Shown here: positions 52,426 through 64,000 of the stretch, piece after piece
Layout of the letters: each line of letters begins with the position of its first letter
Position numbering within the stretch: position 1 is the first letter of the stretch
Assembly: GCA_030704615.1 (NCBI GenBank)
Contig: CM060733.1
Span: forward strand, 36,518,001 to 36,582,000
Reading direction: 5' to 3'
DNA length: 64,000 nt
Source of the DNA: Takakia lepidozioides
Taxonomy: Eukaryota; Plantae; Bryophyta
The notes under the pieces: generated by a model
Database searches by the model: none
Told to the model about the DNA's origin: nothing
Seen by the model: the letters and a program-made list of their open reading frames with translations, nothing else
Made by a program: the position numbers and the translations under genes

Positions 52426-54549
52426 ATATTAATAATTAGTAAATCCGGAGATCAGTTTTGTAAAATCAGACATCACTATTTAATTCATACATCAAGAAGT
52501 TCTACCAGGGCCTCTATCGCCAGCTTTATGAAGAAATAAATAAATATTTTTTTCTCTTACGCAAAACATGATTAAAATGTAATTTAAATATGTGATTATT
52601 TCATTTTAATATAAGATTTAAAGGAAATTTTGTACTTAAGAGTTTTAGGGTGGAGCCATTACGCGACTAGCCGCTTATTGGAATATATGTGCTCAAGTGT
52701 AGGAAGGATCCTGTTGGTCTAGTACTGGAATTTGCGCATAGTGGTCAAGATGCTGGTATCACACTTCAACAATTTTGTGAAACCAGCTGGGACAAGTACT
52801 TTAAATTTTCAAATTCACCAGTACATTGGTATGAGTAGTGATGTTTGTTCATGACCTCAACTGAACTCCATCATGCAAGAAGTACCCGCCCGTTCATAGT
52901 CCGGATCTTGTATTAGCTTCAAATCTTAAAATGGCTAAAGCATAAACCACATCAATGAGTACAACGAGATGTTCAGGGCAATGTAAATAAACCATACATG
53001 AAATTATGTGTGCAGAGCTGAATGCAAACCTTACCTACATCAATTCTTTCCATTGCTTCTTCAATATTTGCACTATGAAAAATCTACCATAATAATCACA
53101 GATTCATACCAATCCCTAAACCCAAAATGCATGTACATCATGTTGGCAACATGTGTAGTGCCGCACATTCCCTCCCATATTGGGGCACCTGGTTCTAAGC
53201 CTAGTATTGTCATATTTTATACTAAGTGGGTCTTTGACTCTACCCATGCGTAGAACTGGTTTTCTATGGTCCACCTTACAACCTGGATACCATACTGATA
53301 CATAAGGAACCCGCGATCGATGTCATTTTTTTGTAAAAGTTGTACAATGTTCTCATATGCCGTTGTTACACATTGACCCCTGGGGATGAGCTTGTTTTTT
53401 GTGGCCCCGTCCAAAACAAGACATACCCTGATGGATGAAGGTATGTCTCTCATTTGACAAACATCCTCAGGGATGAACCGTACGAAAGTGATCCTACCTA
53501 CTTCACGCACTTCCTGTAAAAATCTCATGAGATTTGACCGTCTAATTAGGAAGATTATAACAAAAATGATAGGCCAAATTTTCTACCATTCTCCATTTTT
53601 ATAGTGAAAATTTGGTTTTGACCAAGCAGATGGCCTACCATCTAGAAATTTTCTTGATTCCAAAAATTCACATGGTTGCTTTGTATGGGAAAACGGGGGG
53701 GTAAAAATGGCCATTTCTATCATGGGATCCCCAAATCACCCCAAAATGTGTCCCAATTTTCTAGGGAAGTAAAATTCCTCTGGTCATTCGTGTTGTTGCT
53801 AGCATTCATAATCACTACCCTAAAAAAAAATGAAACCATTCTAAGCTGTTTACAAGTAGATATTGCCAAAAAAACCAATTTCCTACTTGAATCCTAGCTC
53901 AGGCCAACTATTGCTTGAGCCGGTAGAGAATTTCCACCAAGAAAAAGGGGCCACATCATCAAAATCAATGAGTTGACCGGGGGCCTGCCATCGAACACTT
54001 ACAATATGGACGAGTCTCATCCCGTGGTTCTTAGTTTTTGCCCAACCACCTGCCAACTACCAACCGTTTTCCAACATGTCGTACATAAGTATGCCGCAAG
54101 CATAGCATCGTTTTGCGCGAGGTCTGCCTCGCGAAAACTTGCATTACCCCCAACCTCACAATCACTTGCATACTCTATCACAAATTCCCAGAACTGAGGG
54201 GCAGTTGAACCCCCTGATTTGCCCTGTGTGCATACCCCCATCCCCCCACCCCCACCCCACGCCCCCCAAACAACAAGCATCACCCCAAGCATCCATACCT
54301 CACAAGCAAGCTGCACTGACCCCCTTCCCCAAACTGCCACCCCAAATTCAACACCCATGACACACATGATACCAAAACCGTTAACCCTGCACACAGACCA
54401 CGCCATCTTCAGCCATCAACACCCTACCATGGCACAACAGCCCATATCACATGCACACGCGCACTCCACATCCGCAAACCAGACACCTGCCAACCCACCC
54501 CAACACCCTAGTGAACAGTGAACACACACAATGAACACCAACACAAAAT

Positions 54550-55640
54550 CACTCACATCACGGTCTTGTATATCTACCCCTCGCATATAGGTTACATGTG
54601 CAGGCACAGATGGCACCAACACTCTCTGGTGCCCCACAAATCGTCTCACACTAATAGGAGAGGAAAGCCTACAAGCTAGCCTAGCTACAGATGACAATAT
54701 AAACACCCCCTTCTTATCCCACCACAACATTGGCGCCGCTAACTCCTTGGAAACATGCATCCAGTACCATGATGGTCTTGCTTCGCAGTCTTAGATTTTT
54801 TCATGGATAACAAATAGGGATGAAGGCCCTTTCTGTTAACTCACACTATGCCAATGGCCCATGTACCAAGTTTGGCTAAGTCGTATAGAAGCTGAATAGA
54901 GGTGAAGTAATTGTCAGTTACAATGACATGCCCAAAACTGATGGAGTCCAATGGCAAGCCTACTCACAACATCATAGCCCTCATCCTTCCCACTTTTCAG
55001 CCTCTCGCCCTCACCCCCCCCCCGCATTTTTTCCACAGTAAACGAAAAAATCATAGACATAACTTGTCTCTGAATCAACCAACGCCCACACCTTGATGCC
55101 CCATGCACTTGCATGGTTTGCTAGGCATGTACATCCTAATCGCACAGTAGGTCTTCCCCTTGTGACGGATCATTTAACCCTCGTCAACCATCAACATTTT
55201 GTTGAGATTCCACATGCTCGTGCACCCACCAACCACTTCACCACAAGCCTACACAATCTTCCCAAGCTTATCAAAATTCAGACTCCCATGATCTACCAAA
55301 GTGGCGTTGTCCAGAAGATGCAACCAACAAAGTATGGCAGGCTCATACATGGCTCGGGTCATGACTTTGCGGATGACATGGCAAGAGGAAAAAGACTTCA
55401 AAGTGTTGCCAGTAACATCTAGTTTTAGGCAGCTTCTTGATCCCCATGAAAAAACAGATATTAATCCAAGCCTGGAACTTAGGCCTCGTCAACTCCTTCC
55501 ACCGAATCCCCCCACGTGTGCATTCACCCAACGCTTCTGAGGGATACAAATTGGGCTCCCTACATACCCTCTGCAGTACACTTTTCCTCCAAAACAAAAG
55601 AAAGAACCAAATTGGAGCAGAACCCTTATGTCCGCGAGGC
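54550..55640 (-). mobile_element. piggyBac-family transposase relic
   Basis: Frameshifted minus-strand motifs in the correct order: EL...FQAWINICFFMGIKKLP..RCYW, FDKL.K, VDE..MI..KG...YMPSKP.K, GHVIVTDNYFTS, WWDKKGVFILSS, YMRGVDIQD. Confidence 0.8.
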
Positions 55641-56711
55641 AAGGACTAGGCTCAGGCTTGGTGAATGAATCCCTATCACAAATAAATTCACTGTTATTTT
55701 TTTCCCCCCATGAGTTGGGCTGAAACATGTTATCAAAATCCAAGTTTGGTTCAGAGTCACCCTCATCTTCCATGTCCAACAGATAAGTATCCCAGTCCGC
55801 CTCAGTCGAGTTCCCAAATTAAGAATCATCATCAAAACATAATTCGTCCAATTCACACTCTGGCCCATGGTGTTGGCCGGTAGGAGCAAAACAGGAACCA
55901 AGGACATTTGCCACATACATTGTGTCGGGATGCAAGACTCCCAAAGCAGACCTACAAGTTTCAAAATTGAACGTAGGAACATCACATTGAGTGGACTGAC
56001 CCCAAAATCATTTATATATTTAAGTTCACTTCTTCTCCTCACTACACCCCTGGAAGACGAAGTCACACTTGCAAGAATCGACCTTTCTGCACGAGCCATT
56101 TGCTTGAGATTCTTGACTGACGGCATTGGGCCAGACGTCTCTCTCAAGACCCAAATCACAACCTCACTGAAACCCTCTTTCTCCTCTTCCTTTCTTTTCT
56201 CTCTCCAACCAAGCACCGAAGCAATTTGACGACGCCACAAGAATCTAAAATTATGATTCAGACGAGGGTGGCGAGGCCATTGTTTGGCAAGTGGTGGTGG
56301 AGGCAAAGCACAGAGGAAATCAGGACAAAGACAAGCGAGAATTACCTTGCATTGCTCGAGAGTGCAATGCTGCTCCGCCTGCACCCATGCCCTTATAATC
56401 TCTGTCGCAGCTGCATGCTTAGGTGGAAGAGGTGGGGGCTTAGCATGTCTGGCACTCTACGTTTAGGCCCCATATATTCCCTAGCACCCCACAGATCACA
56501 ACCCAATTAATGCAAGGCAGAATAAGCAGGTTGCAAATAGAAGTCACGCACAACACCCTCATGGAATTGCGCTGTCCCAAGACGACTGTACACTCAAACC
56601 CCAAGGCCGTCGCTTCCCCGTCGCTTCCAAGCCCTAAGGAAAAGGTAAATGTAGATGAAGCAGCAGGTGTAAAGACAACGGGAAGCTCTAAAGGCAAACA
56701 CGACAAAGATC

Positions 56712-57941
56712 CACTACAGGAAAAGAGGGGGGTTTTCGACGCCGCAGCCACGCCACGGCGTCGTAAAACAGCCCTTTTCGGGCAGGGGGGAAGAACCAAA
56801 TTTGCGACGCCCGGGCGTCGCAAGCCCGTCGCCAAAAAAACGTCGCAGATTTGCGACCAATGGGGGTCGTAAATAGGCGAAATTGCGATTTGCGACGCCC
56901 GGGCGTCGGAAAAATAAAATAAAATAAAATAAAAAATAAAAATCTCTGCATTGCAGAATTAGCACAGTCCGGGGGTCGCAAAGTGCGACGCTCGGACGTC
57001 ACAATTTAAGGGGGTATATTTGAATATAGACGGAAAATTTTGAATTTGAAATTTGAATTTCAAAAACTTGTTGACCATTGACTCTGGTTCTGTCTAATGG
57101 CAATATGTTCATTGTTTTACATATATCATGCAATGCATACTTGTTCTAAGACCTCCACGTTATAACAATTCTAAGACACTACAAACTAACCAACACACCT
57201 ACGCTACATCTATGTATCACAAAAACAATCTAAATATATATATATATATATATACATATAAAGATTTCCTTCAAGTTCCTTCAAGTTCCTTCTAAGAGGG
57301 TCTCTCTTGTGACGCCGGGAATTGCAACCTCCACAGCCTTAGTGCCCAGCCCCAGCCCCAGCCCCAGCGTCGTCGCCGTTGTTGCACCCCCCCCCCACCG
57401 CCAGGCGCCCCAAGCGACGTCCTTGTGATGACCTAAGCTGACCACAACACCATTGCGACCCCCTGTGGCGACGCCGTTGCGACCTCCCTTACGTCGCAAC
57501 GTTGGGCGTCTCAGCGTTGGGCGCCCCTAGCGACGCTTTTGTGAAGTTGAGGGCAGCAAAGCCCAAAAAAAAAAAAAACAAACAAACTCCCACTGTGGTG
57601 ATGTTGTTGCGATGCCAGGGCGTCGCAGAGGTGCTGGGGCGCCCTTAGTGACGTTTTTGCGATGCCGAGGCGTCGCAACGTCCAAAAATAAATAAATAAA
57701 TAATTTGGATTTCCGACGTCAGGGCGTCGCAAGAAAAAAAATCCGTCGCAACGAGGGCCCTATTTCCCCCTTCATGCCACCTTACGACGGCTGGGCGTCG
57801 TAATTGTGTCGCAGCGGGGGATTGCGACGCCGGGGCGTCGCAAAAAAACGCCGCGGGCTCGGCGTCGCAGGCTCAGCGCCGCGCGGGGCGTGGGGGCGCG
57901 GCTAGCGTCGCAAACCCCCCCACCCCCCATTTGCTGTAGTG
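56712..57941. mobile_element. Short non-autonomous CACTA element
   Basis: Left TIR CACTACAGGAAAAG.GGGG; right end CCCCATTTGCTGTAGTG. Dense CGACG/CGTCG subterminal repeats occur at both ends. The 3-bp flanks are ATC and GTC (one mismatch). Confidence 0.8.
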
Positions 57942-58191
57942 GTCGCGCAACAGCGCTGCTTGCCAAGAGCCCAAAATGATTGTACAAAAAATAAAACGAA
58001 ACAACTTGTACCCAAAATCTGATCGACACATAAAGCAAAACGCAAACTAAAAGCACGATTTCACCATTCCCTGATCGTAGCTGCGAGGACACGAGATGCA
58101 CAAACATAAGTGAGAGAAACCAAGTTCCCGCTCCCGCCACCTGCCCCCAACCTTCGCACGTGCCGGGGGGCATGCCGTTGTCCGCATGGAT

Positions 58192-59082
58192 CACTACAAG
58201 AGATGAGCGTTTTTAGGACTACGGATTTGGCAGAGTCATAAAAACGGCACTAGGTGTACGACTACAGAGCGCTGAAATGCGTTGCAGTCATTGTTTTACC
58301 ACTTTGTAGTAATGGATATCACTACATGACTCCGGAAAATTAGGGAGCATTGGTCAAACATTGTTGACCATGATGACAGGGATGGTTTTATGACTAGTGT
58401 GATATCTTTGACTACACGTGGACGACGTTTCATGGAATCTTGTGACTCCATGACTGAAGATGGTTTTACAGCTCTATTTATACGACTACATCCCTACACG
58501 TGTCATTTTGAAAGTACACACATGAATGTATTCATCCATTTGATGAGTTTATCCATCGATGACATGGCATGTAAACTTATGAGTCCCTTACTGCAAATTG
58601 TTTCATAACTCTATATATATGACTACATCATTACACGTGTCATTTAAAAGGCACATACATTATCCAATGGATGGGTTCATCCCTCCGCCTATACAGTGTG
58701 TCGATTTGATATCTATTCAATAAATTGGACCTGGATGGACGTGGCTTAACAAGCATTGCAAGATATATGAGATTAAAATACACAATGGTCATGGTTGTAC
58801 AAGGCTAGATCATGTGATGGAAATTATTTTGAATCGTTAGATTTTACAGGATCTAACGGTCTAGATTATTTAAGATCTAACGGTTTAAGATTACACCGCC
58901 AAACTTTACATCGGGCTGGGACTTAGGTTTTTTTGTCTCTTACGTTTCACCATCTATTTGATGTTGTGTCATGTATGCAGGGGCGTGGGATGGAGGCTTT
59001 GCAGACCTTCCTACTCTTGAGAAAATGATGCAGGAAGGAGAAGAGGAGGAGGAGAGGAGACGATGGTACCCCTGCCAACCAG

Positions 59083-59113
<31 letters not shown>

Positions 59114-62100
59114 CGCTCATGCGAAGGGTCCTGCTTCAAACCGCCAGCAGCAGCGCAGGCTGTAGGATTTCGAGGATGAGCACAGCCATGGCAGCGCGTA
59201 CAATGCGTATTGTACGCGGGACATCCTCCACATGTGGCTACGCTCACAAGCGTCCCCGAGGCGACGCTGCTGGCAAGACTGGTACTGTTCTGACTGCTTC
59301 AAATATGTGTGGGCTGTAGAAACTGCATTGTGCCCCTGGGCATTTTTCGAACCGCATTGAATTAAGGTTTCTTCAAACAGTTTCAAGCAGATTTCGGGCG
59401 AGGAGAAGATCCCAACATTCTTGCGAGCTCGCCATTCTTGGGAGAGTCAGCTTGGTCTTAGCAGGCCGTGTTTCAATCTCTGCCTGCTCAGTTGCACCGT
59501 GGTGGTTCGATCTCACATACCAATCCGACATTACCTGACTACAGATACAAGCAACACACACAAGAGGTCCTTTTGGGTTGATGGTCGGTCAAATCCTCCA
59601 TGGGTCATGACACAAGGTAAAGGACAATGTGGTGAGGATACCTTCTTCTTCGACCTATTTCAGCTTGTTTTTCCCTCTCATTAGACTCGGCCCTGAGATG
59701 CATATTGAATTCTGTAAGTTAGCTCGGTGGGTGGATCTGTGGTTGTTTAGAGTGACTTTGACAAGTTGCTGCCGATGTGGCAACATGAAAGTATCCAAAA
59801 ATAGGTAACAGAGATGAGGAGAAGCTTTGAAATGAACACTTTTCCGACCCTAGTCAATGGCGGGACAATGGAGACAAAAAGGTGAGTGCATGTTGGACTA
59901 CACTAGAGAGAAGTAGATGCAATTTAGAATTAGAACTACTGTAATAATTAGGGTTGGGGTTTGCTAGAAGAACTTCACACCGTCAGTGTCAGCTGCTAGC
60001 AGCAAGTATTCATGATTTGTACACAGACAGGGATAGCTGAAGGACCAGGGATAGAGGCCCAGGTTCATCCAAGAGGGCCGGATTTCAAACACAATATTAG
60101 TTCCGATTCCCTGTGGATCAATAGCTACAAGAAATCTGCTAACGAGAAAATGGTCTGCTAATAAAGGCACCTTTTTCAACACATTTCACCCTGTTTTTCC
60201 CTCTTATCAGAATCGGCCCTAAATTTTCATGTTGAATTCTGCAAGTTAGTTGGTTGAGTGAACCTGGGATAGTCTGGAGTGACTTTGACATGATACTGCC
60301 AATGTGACAACATGAAAGTATCCAAAAGAGGTAACAGAGATGAGGAGAAGCTGTGGAATGAATACTTTTCTGACCCTAGTCAATGGTGGGACAACCGAGG
60401 CAAAAATATGAATGCCTGTCAGATTACCAGATGTCATTTTGAACACTGCCCCTGCCTTGGTGGACATGTATGTCAAATGTGGGTGCATCGAGGATGCAAA
60501 GGGACTATGGCTAAACGAGATGTGGTGTCATGGAGTGCGATGTTTGCAGGGTATGCACAACAGGGGCGTGGGATGGAGGCTTTGGAGACCTATGAGCAAA
60601 TTATGAGGGAAGGGGTACTGAAGCCCGACCACATAACGTGTGTGTGTGTGTTTGCAATGCGTGTGCAAGCCTGGCAGCCCTGGAAAAGGGCAAAAGGTCC
60701 ATGGTTGCATCGTCAAAGCTGCAAATGTACCAGATGTCATTCTGAACACTCCCTGGTGGACGATATGTATGCCAAATGTAGGTGTAGCAAGGATGCAAAG
60801 GGAGTGTTCAACAACATGGCTGAACAATATGTGGTGTCTTGGAGTACCATGATGACCACCTTCCCCGGTGAGTCTCTCTCTCTCTCTCTCTCTCTCTCCT
60901 CCTCTAATGCCCTCACACTGTCCAGTGGAAATACAGTTAGGCATTAAACCTCCCTAAACTTGTTTTGAATATGTGACATGGGCAAGGATCTTAAGGACTA
61001 TCTCAATGGCCTACCTGCCCTCGTCACTAGACTGAAATTTAAACTCGGGGTGGGAAACTCCAAGTGCATCCACGAGCTACCACACTTAACATACATGTTG
61101 ACAAGGGTGTTGTGTAGAAAACATTTAATGCCTTCAATCCACTTAATATAATGTGAGCATATGCACCTGATTTTCAGTTTGCGAGCCTTTCAACTTGATG
61201 CTCTTACGCTTGAGACAGGGGACTTAGGTATCTGAATATGCTGAAATTATGCCTAGCTGGTTGAAGTTTGTAGAGCCTCTTTCAGTTGCAGGATGGGGAA
61301 GGCAGGGGGCAAAGAGGCGGGGGAAAAATAAAATATTGTTCAGTATGACTCTTGGAGCAATTCCAGCTTAAAATGTGATGATGTCACCATTGGGGCATGG
61401 ACCTCTTGGTCGTTTACAAGGGACTTGGGAGGGTCAGCATGATCAGCCTGTGTATGAAGGCTGGCAGCCCTAGAATTTTATAACCAGATGTCATTATGAA
61501 CATCCCCTAGTTTTGGACATATATGCCAATGTCAAGGGAGTGTTCAACACTGTGGCTAAACGAGATGTGGTGTCATGGAGTGTGATGCTTGCAGGGTATG
61601 CACAGCAGGATGGAGGCTTTGGATACCTATGAGCAAATGATGGGGAAAGGGGTGAAGCTCGACCAGATCATTTTAGTGTGTGTGAACAATACCTCGTGGA
61701 CATGTATGCCAAATGTGGGAGCATTGAGGATGCGGAGAGAGCCTTCAACACTATGGCTGAACAAGATGTGGTGTCGTGGAACGCGATGCTTGCAGGATAT
61801 GCACAGCAAGGGCGCGGGATGGAGGTTTTGGAGACAGGAAAGTATCGAAAAACAGTTAACATAGACGAGGAGAAGCTCTAGAATGAATATGTTTCCGACC
61901 CCAGTCAATGGTGGAACAATCCAGGCAAAAGGAATTCCTGTTGGAAGCAGATGCAAGTCAGCATAGGAACTAGTGTGATAAGTAGGGTTGGGGTGTTTGT
62001 TGGACTTATTATAGGCTGTCATTGTCAGCTGCTAGCAGCAAGGCAATGATGTATGCATGATTTGTGCAGAGGCAAGGATAGTTGAAGGAGCAGGGATAGA

Positions 62101-63164
62101 GTGTAGGTCCAGATTCATCCAAGAGGGCCGGATTTCAATCTCCAGATTACCTATGATTCCCTGTGGAAGGATAGCTACAAGAAACCTGCATGAGTAGATG
62201 ATCAATTGGTTGGTCTTGAGCTAAAGAGCACGACCCCTGCAGGGATGTCTCTCCATCTGTAGATCTTTTAGGAAGTGAAAGGCTAGGGCCCAGCTTTCTT
62301 ATGACAGTGTTAGCTGATTTTCAGTTCTTCTCCTCAGCTCGGTGCCTTTCTGTTTCCAAGTTATGGCAGTAGTTTCTGGCTGCAGTCTCTTTTCCTGCTA
62401 AACTCTTTCGCTCTATGCAGACCCCCTTCTTTACTTGCTTTCCTTCTTACTACTCTTTCTTGTCTTGGTACGCGAAGCTGTGTCTTCCTCTTTCAGCCTC
62501 TATGGCACTCTATCCAGATTATTTTTTCCTCTTTGTATCCAAGGACATTTTATGTCCATTACCTATAAAGTTCTGGAGGCCACAGTCCCCCCACTGTCCT
62601 TCTTTGTTAACAAAAATATAAATAAATAAATAAAAGACAACAATGGCTTCCATTCTATTTTCCTAGAAACCTAATGAGAATTTAAATCAATTAATAATCT
62701 AAATATTATAATTGTATGATTTAATTTATTAAACTAAAATATTATTAAAAAACCTCTTTAGTCATGAAGTTATATACTCATGACTACATCATGGCATCAT
62801 GGCATTATATGATACGATATTCTTTCCCACGTGTAGGTCATATATGTTGTCCATGTGGACACGTGTCACATCTGGAGTGCTACATGTGTCCCTCTGACGC
62901 CTCTCCAATGGAGTCATATACTTTGTAGACATGTAGTCATATAGTTAATCATATATAAATCATATAGTTGTGACTACATCGCTCTCTGCAGCATGACTCC
63001 AGGTGCCACGCAAGCAGTCACGACTATGACTTGCAAAACGCAGTCCTAAAGACTAGTCGCTATGACAGGGCTTTTTTCACTGCAGAGTGATGTAGTCATG
63101 AACGCATATAGGACTGAAAAAATAGTCATATGTGCAGTCATAAAAACGCTCATCTGTTGTAGTG
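58192..63164. mobile_element. Non-autonomous Pack-CACTA carrying PDF-motif exons, PPR fragments and a LINE piece
   Basis: 28-bp TIRs CACTACAAGAGATGAGCGTTTTTAGGAC and GTCATAAAAACGCTCATCTGTTGTAGTG (2 mismatches). Perfect 3-bp TSD GAT at 58189-58191 and 63165-63167. GACTAC/GTCATA subterminal repeats are present, and there is no transposase. Confidence 0.93.
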
Positions 63165-64000
63165 GATGACATGCTACCGTCGCTGGCAACCGTCAGCGTC
63201 AAAAACAAAACCCACCTCCATTTGCCCTGCCGTGTGGTGAAGTCAGCCCTGCTGGAGGGCTCCAAGGGCTCCAAATTACCATCGGATTTTGAGTACCCCT
63301 CCGGCACTCCAAATTTTTTCTGATGGCGGTCTTTTAGGTTTTTTAGGGTGCCATCAACACGGGGGGGGTGGCAGAATTTAATAAGCTATATTTGTCATTC
63401 AGGGCTCAATATCATTCAACTTCATCTGCAGTTTTTTCATCCATTTGAAATTTCAACTCGTTTTGGGTCGCGTCGTCCTTTTGGGGGTTAATGGAGGCAA
63501 AAAGTGTGCACATAGATGATTGATGACAGTGTGTATCATTCTAAAGTGTGGTGTGTAGAGCCATTCAACTAGAGAGATGAGATCTAGAAGTAGAATAGTA
63601 TACACCTTTTCTACAAGCGATAAATATGTGTTTGGGTTGCTTACAAAGAATAGATGGCAAATTCTAAAAAAACATTCTATGAAATTGGAAATGGTCACTG
63701 GCACTAGTAACATGTTCTGCACAACTTATGAGATATAGATCCCTCCATTCCCGACTAGCTCAAATCTGTCCAAGCAAAGTGTGGCTAAATCAGCACTTGT
63801 CAACAAAATTGGAATTAGTGTAGCTAGAGCTTAATAATAAGTGTGACTCATATTCATGTTTTACATGCTTTACAAGCCACAATGTCTAAATAGATTTCTT
63901 TTTAGCAGCTGCAATGTTCCTTGTGCAGCAGTATATTGTATTCAAGTGAAATTAGCACCATGATTTGTTACATGAGTTTTAGGCAAAGCGTGAGCGTGCT

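Noticed and set aside
56130-56330. Weak resemblance of NHNFRFLWRRQIASVLG...VVIWVLRE to a P2X7 C-terminal-like domain found in some transposons
   Set aside because: Too few conserved positions to support without a profile search.

Overview
This is eukaryotic nuclear DNA from a land plant, most likely a bryophyte (moss-like). That call rests on the GRF architecture without a miR396 site, the PLS-PPR style and the transposon types. Intact genes are a tRNA-Pro(CGG) at 12.3 kb, a long PLS-E-DYW PPR organellar C-to-U RNA-editing factor at 13.8-17.2 kb, and a four-exon GROWTH-REGULATING FACTOR at 43.4-46.6 kb preceded by about 15 kb of apparently gene-free DNA with GC-rich islands. The rest is transposon-rich: a near full-length APE-RT LINE sitting in (CT)n microsatellites with several fragments, a PHD-finger Gypsy remnant, a CACTA remnant carrying a SET-like domain, a Helitron-like element, a MITE, a piggyBac transposase relic, a short CACTA element and a 5-kb Pack-CACTA. 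The most striking observation is invisible in the ORF track. The PPR-DYW gene has upstream exons encoding an OSB-type 'PDF' single-stranded-DNA-binding motif (LWxEFF...WWxNR..K | K..PDF+.+....LWI) split by a phase-0 intron. The same PDF-to-PPR fusion recurs in a decayed paralog at 49.5-51.3 kb and as multi-copy cargo in the Pack-CACTA. Together these suggest a family of PDF-PPR-DYW deaminases that a DNA transposon is shuffling.
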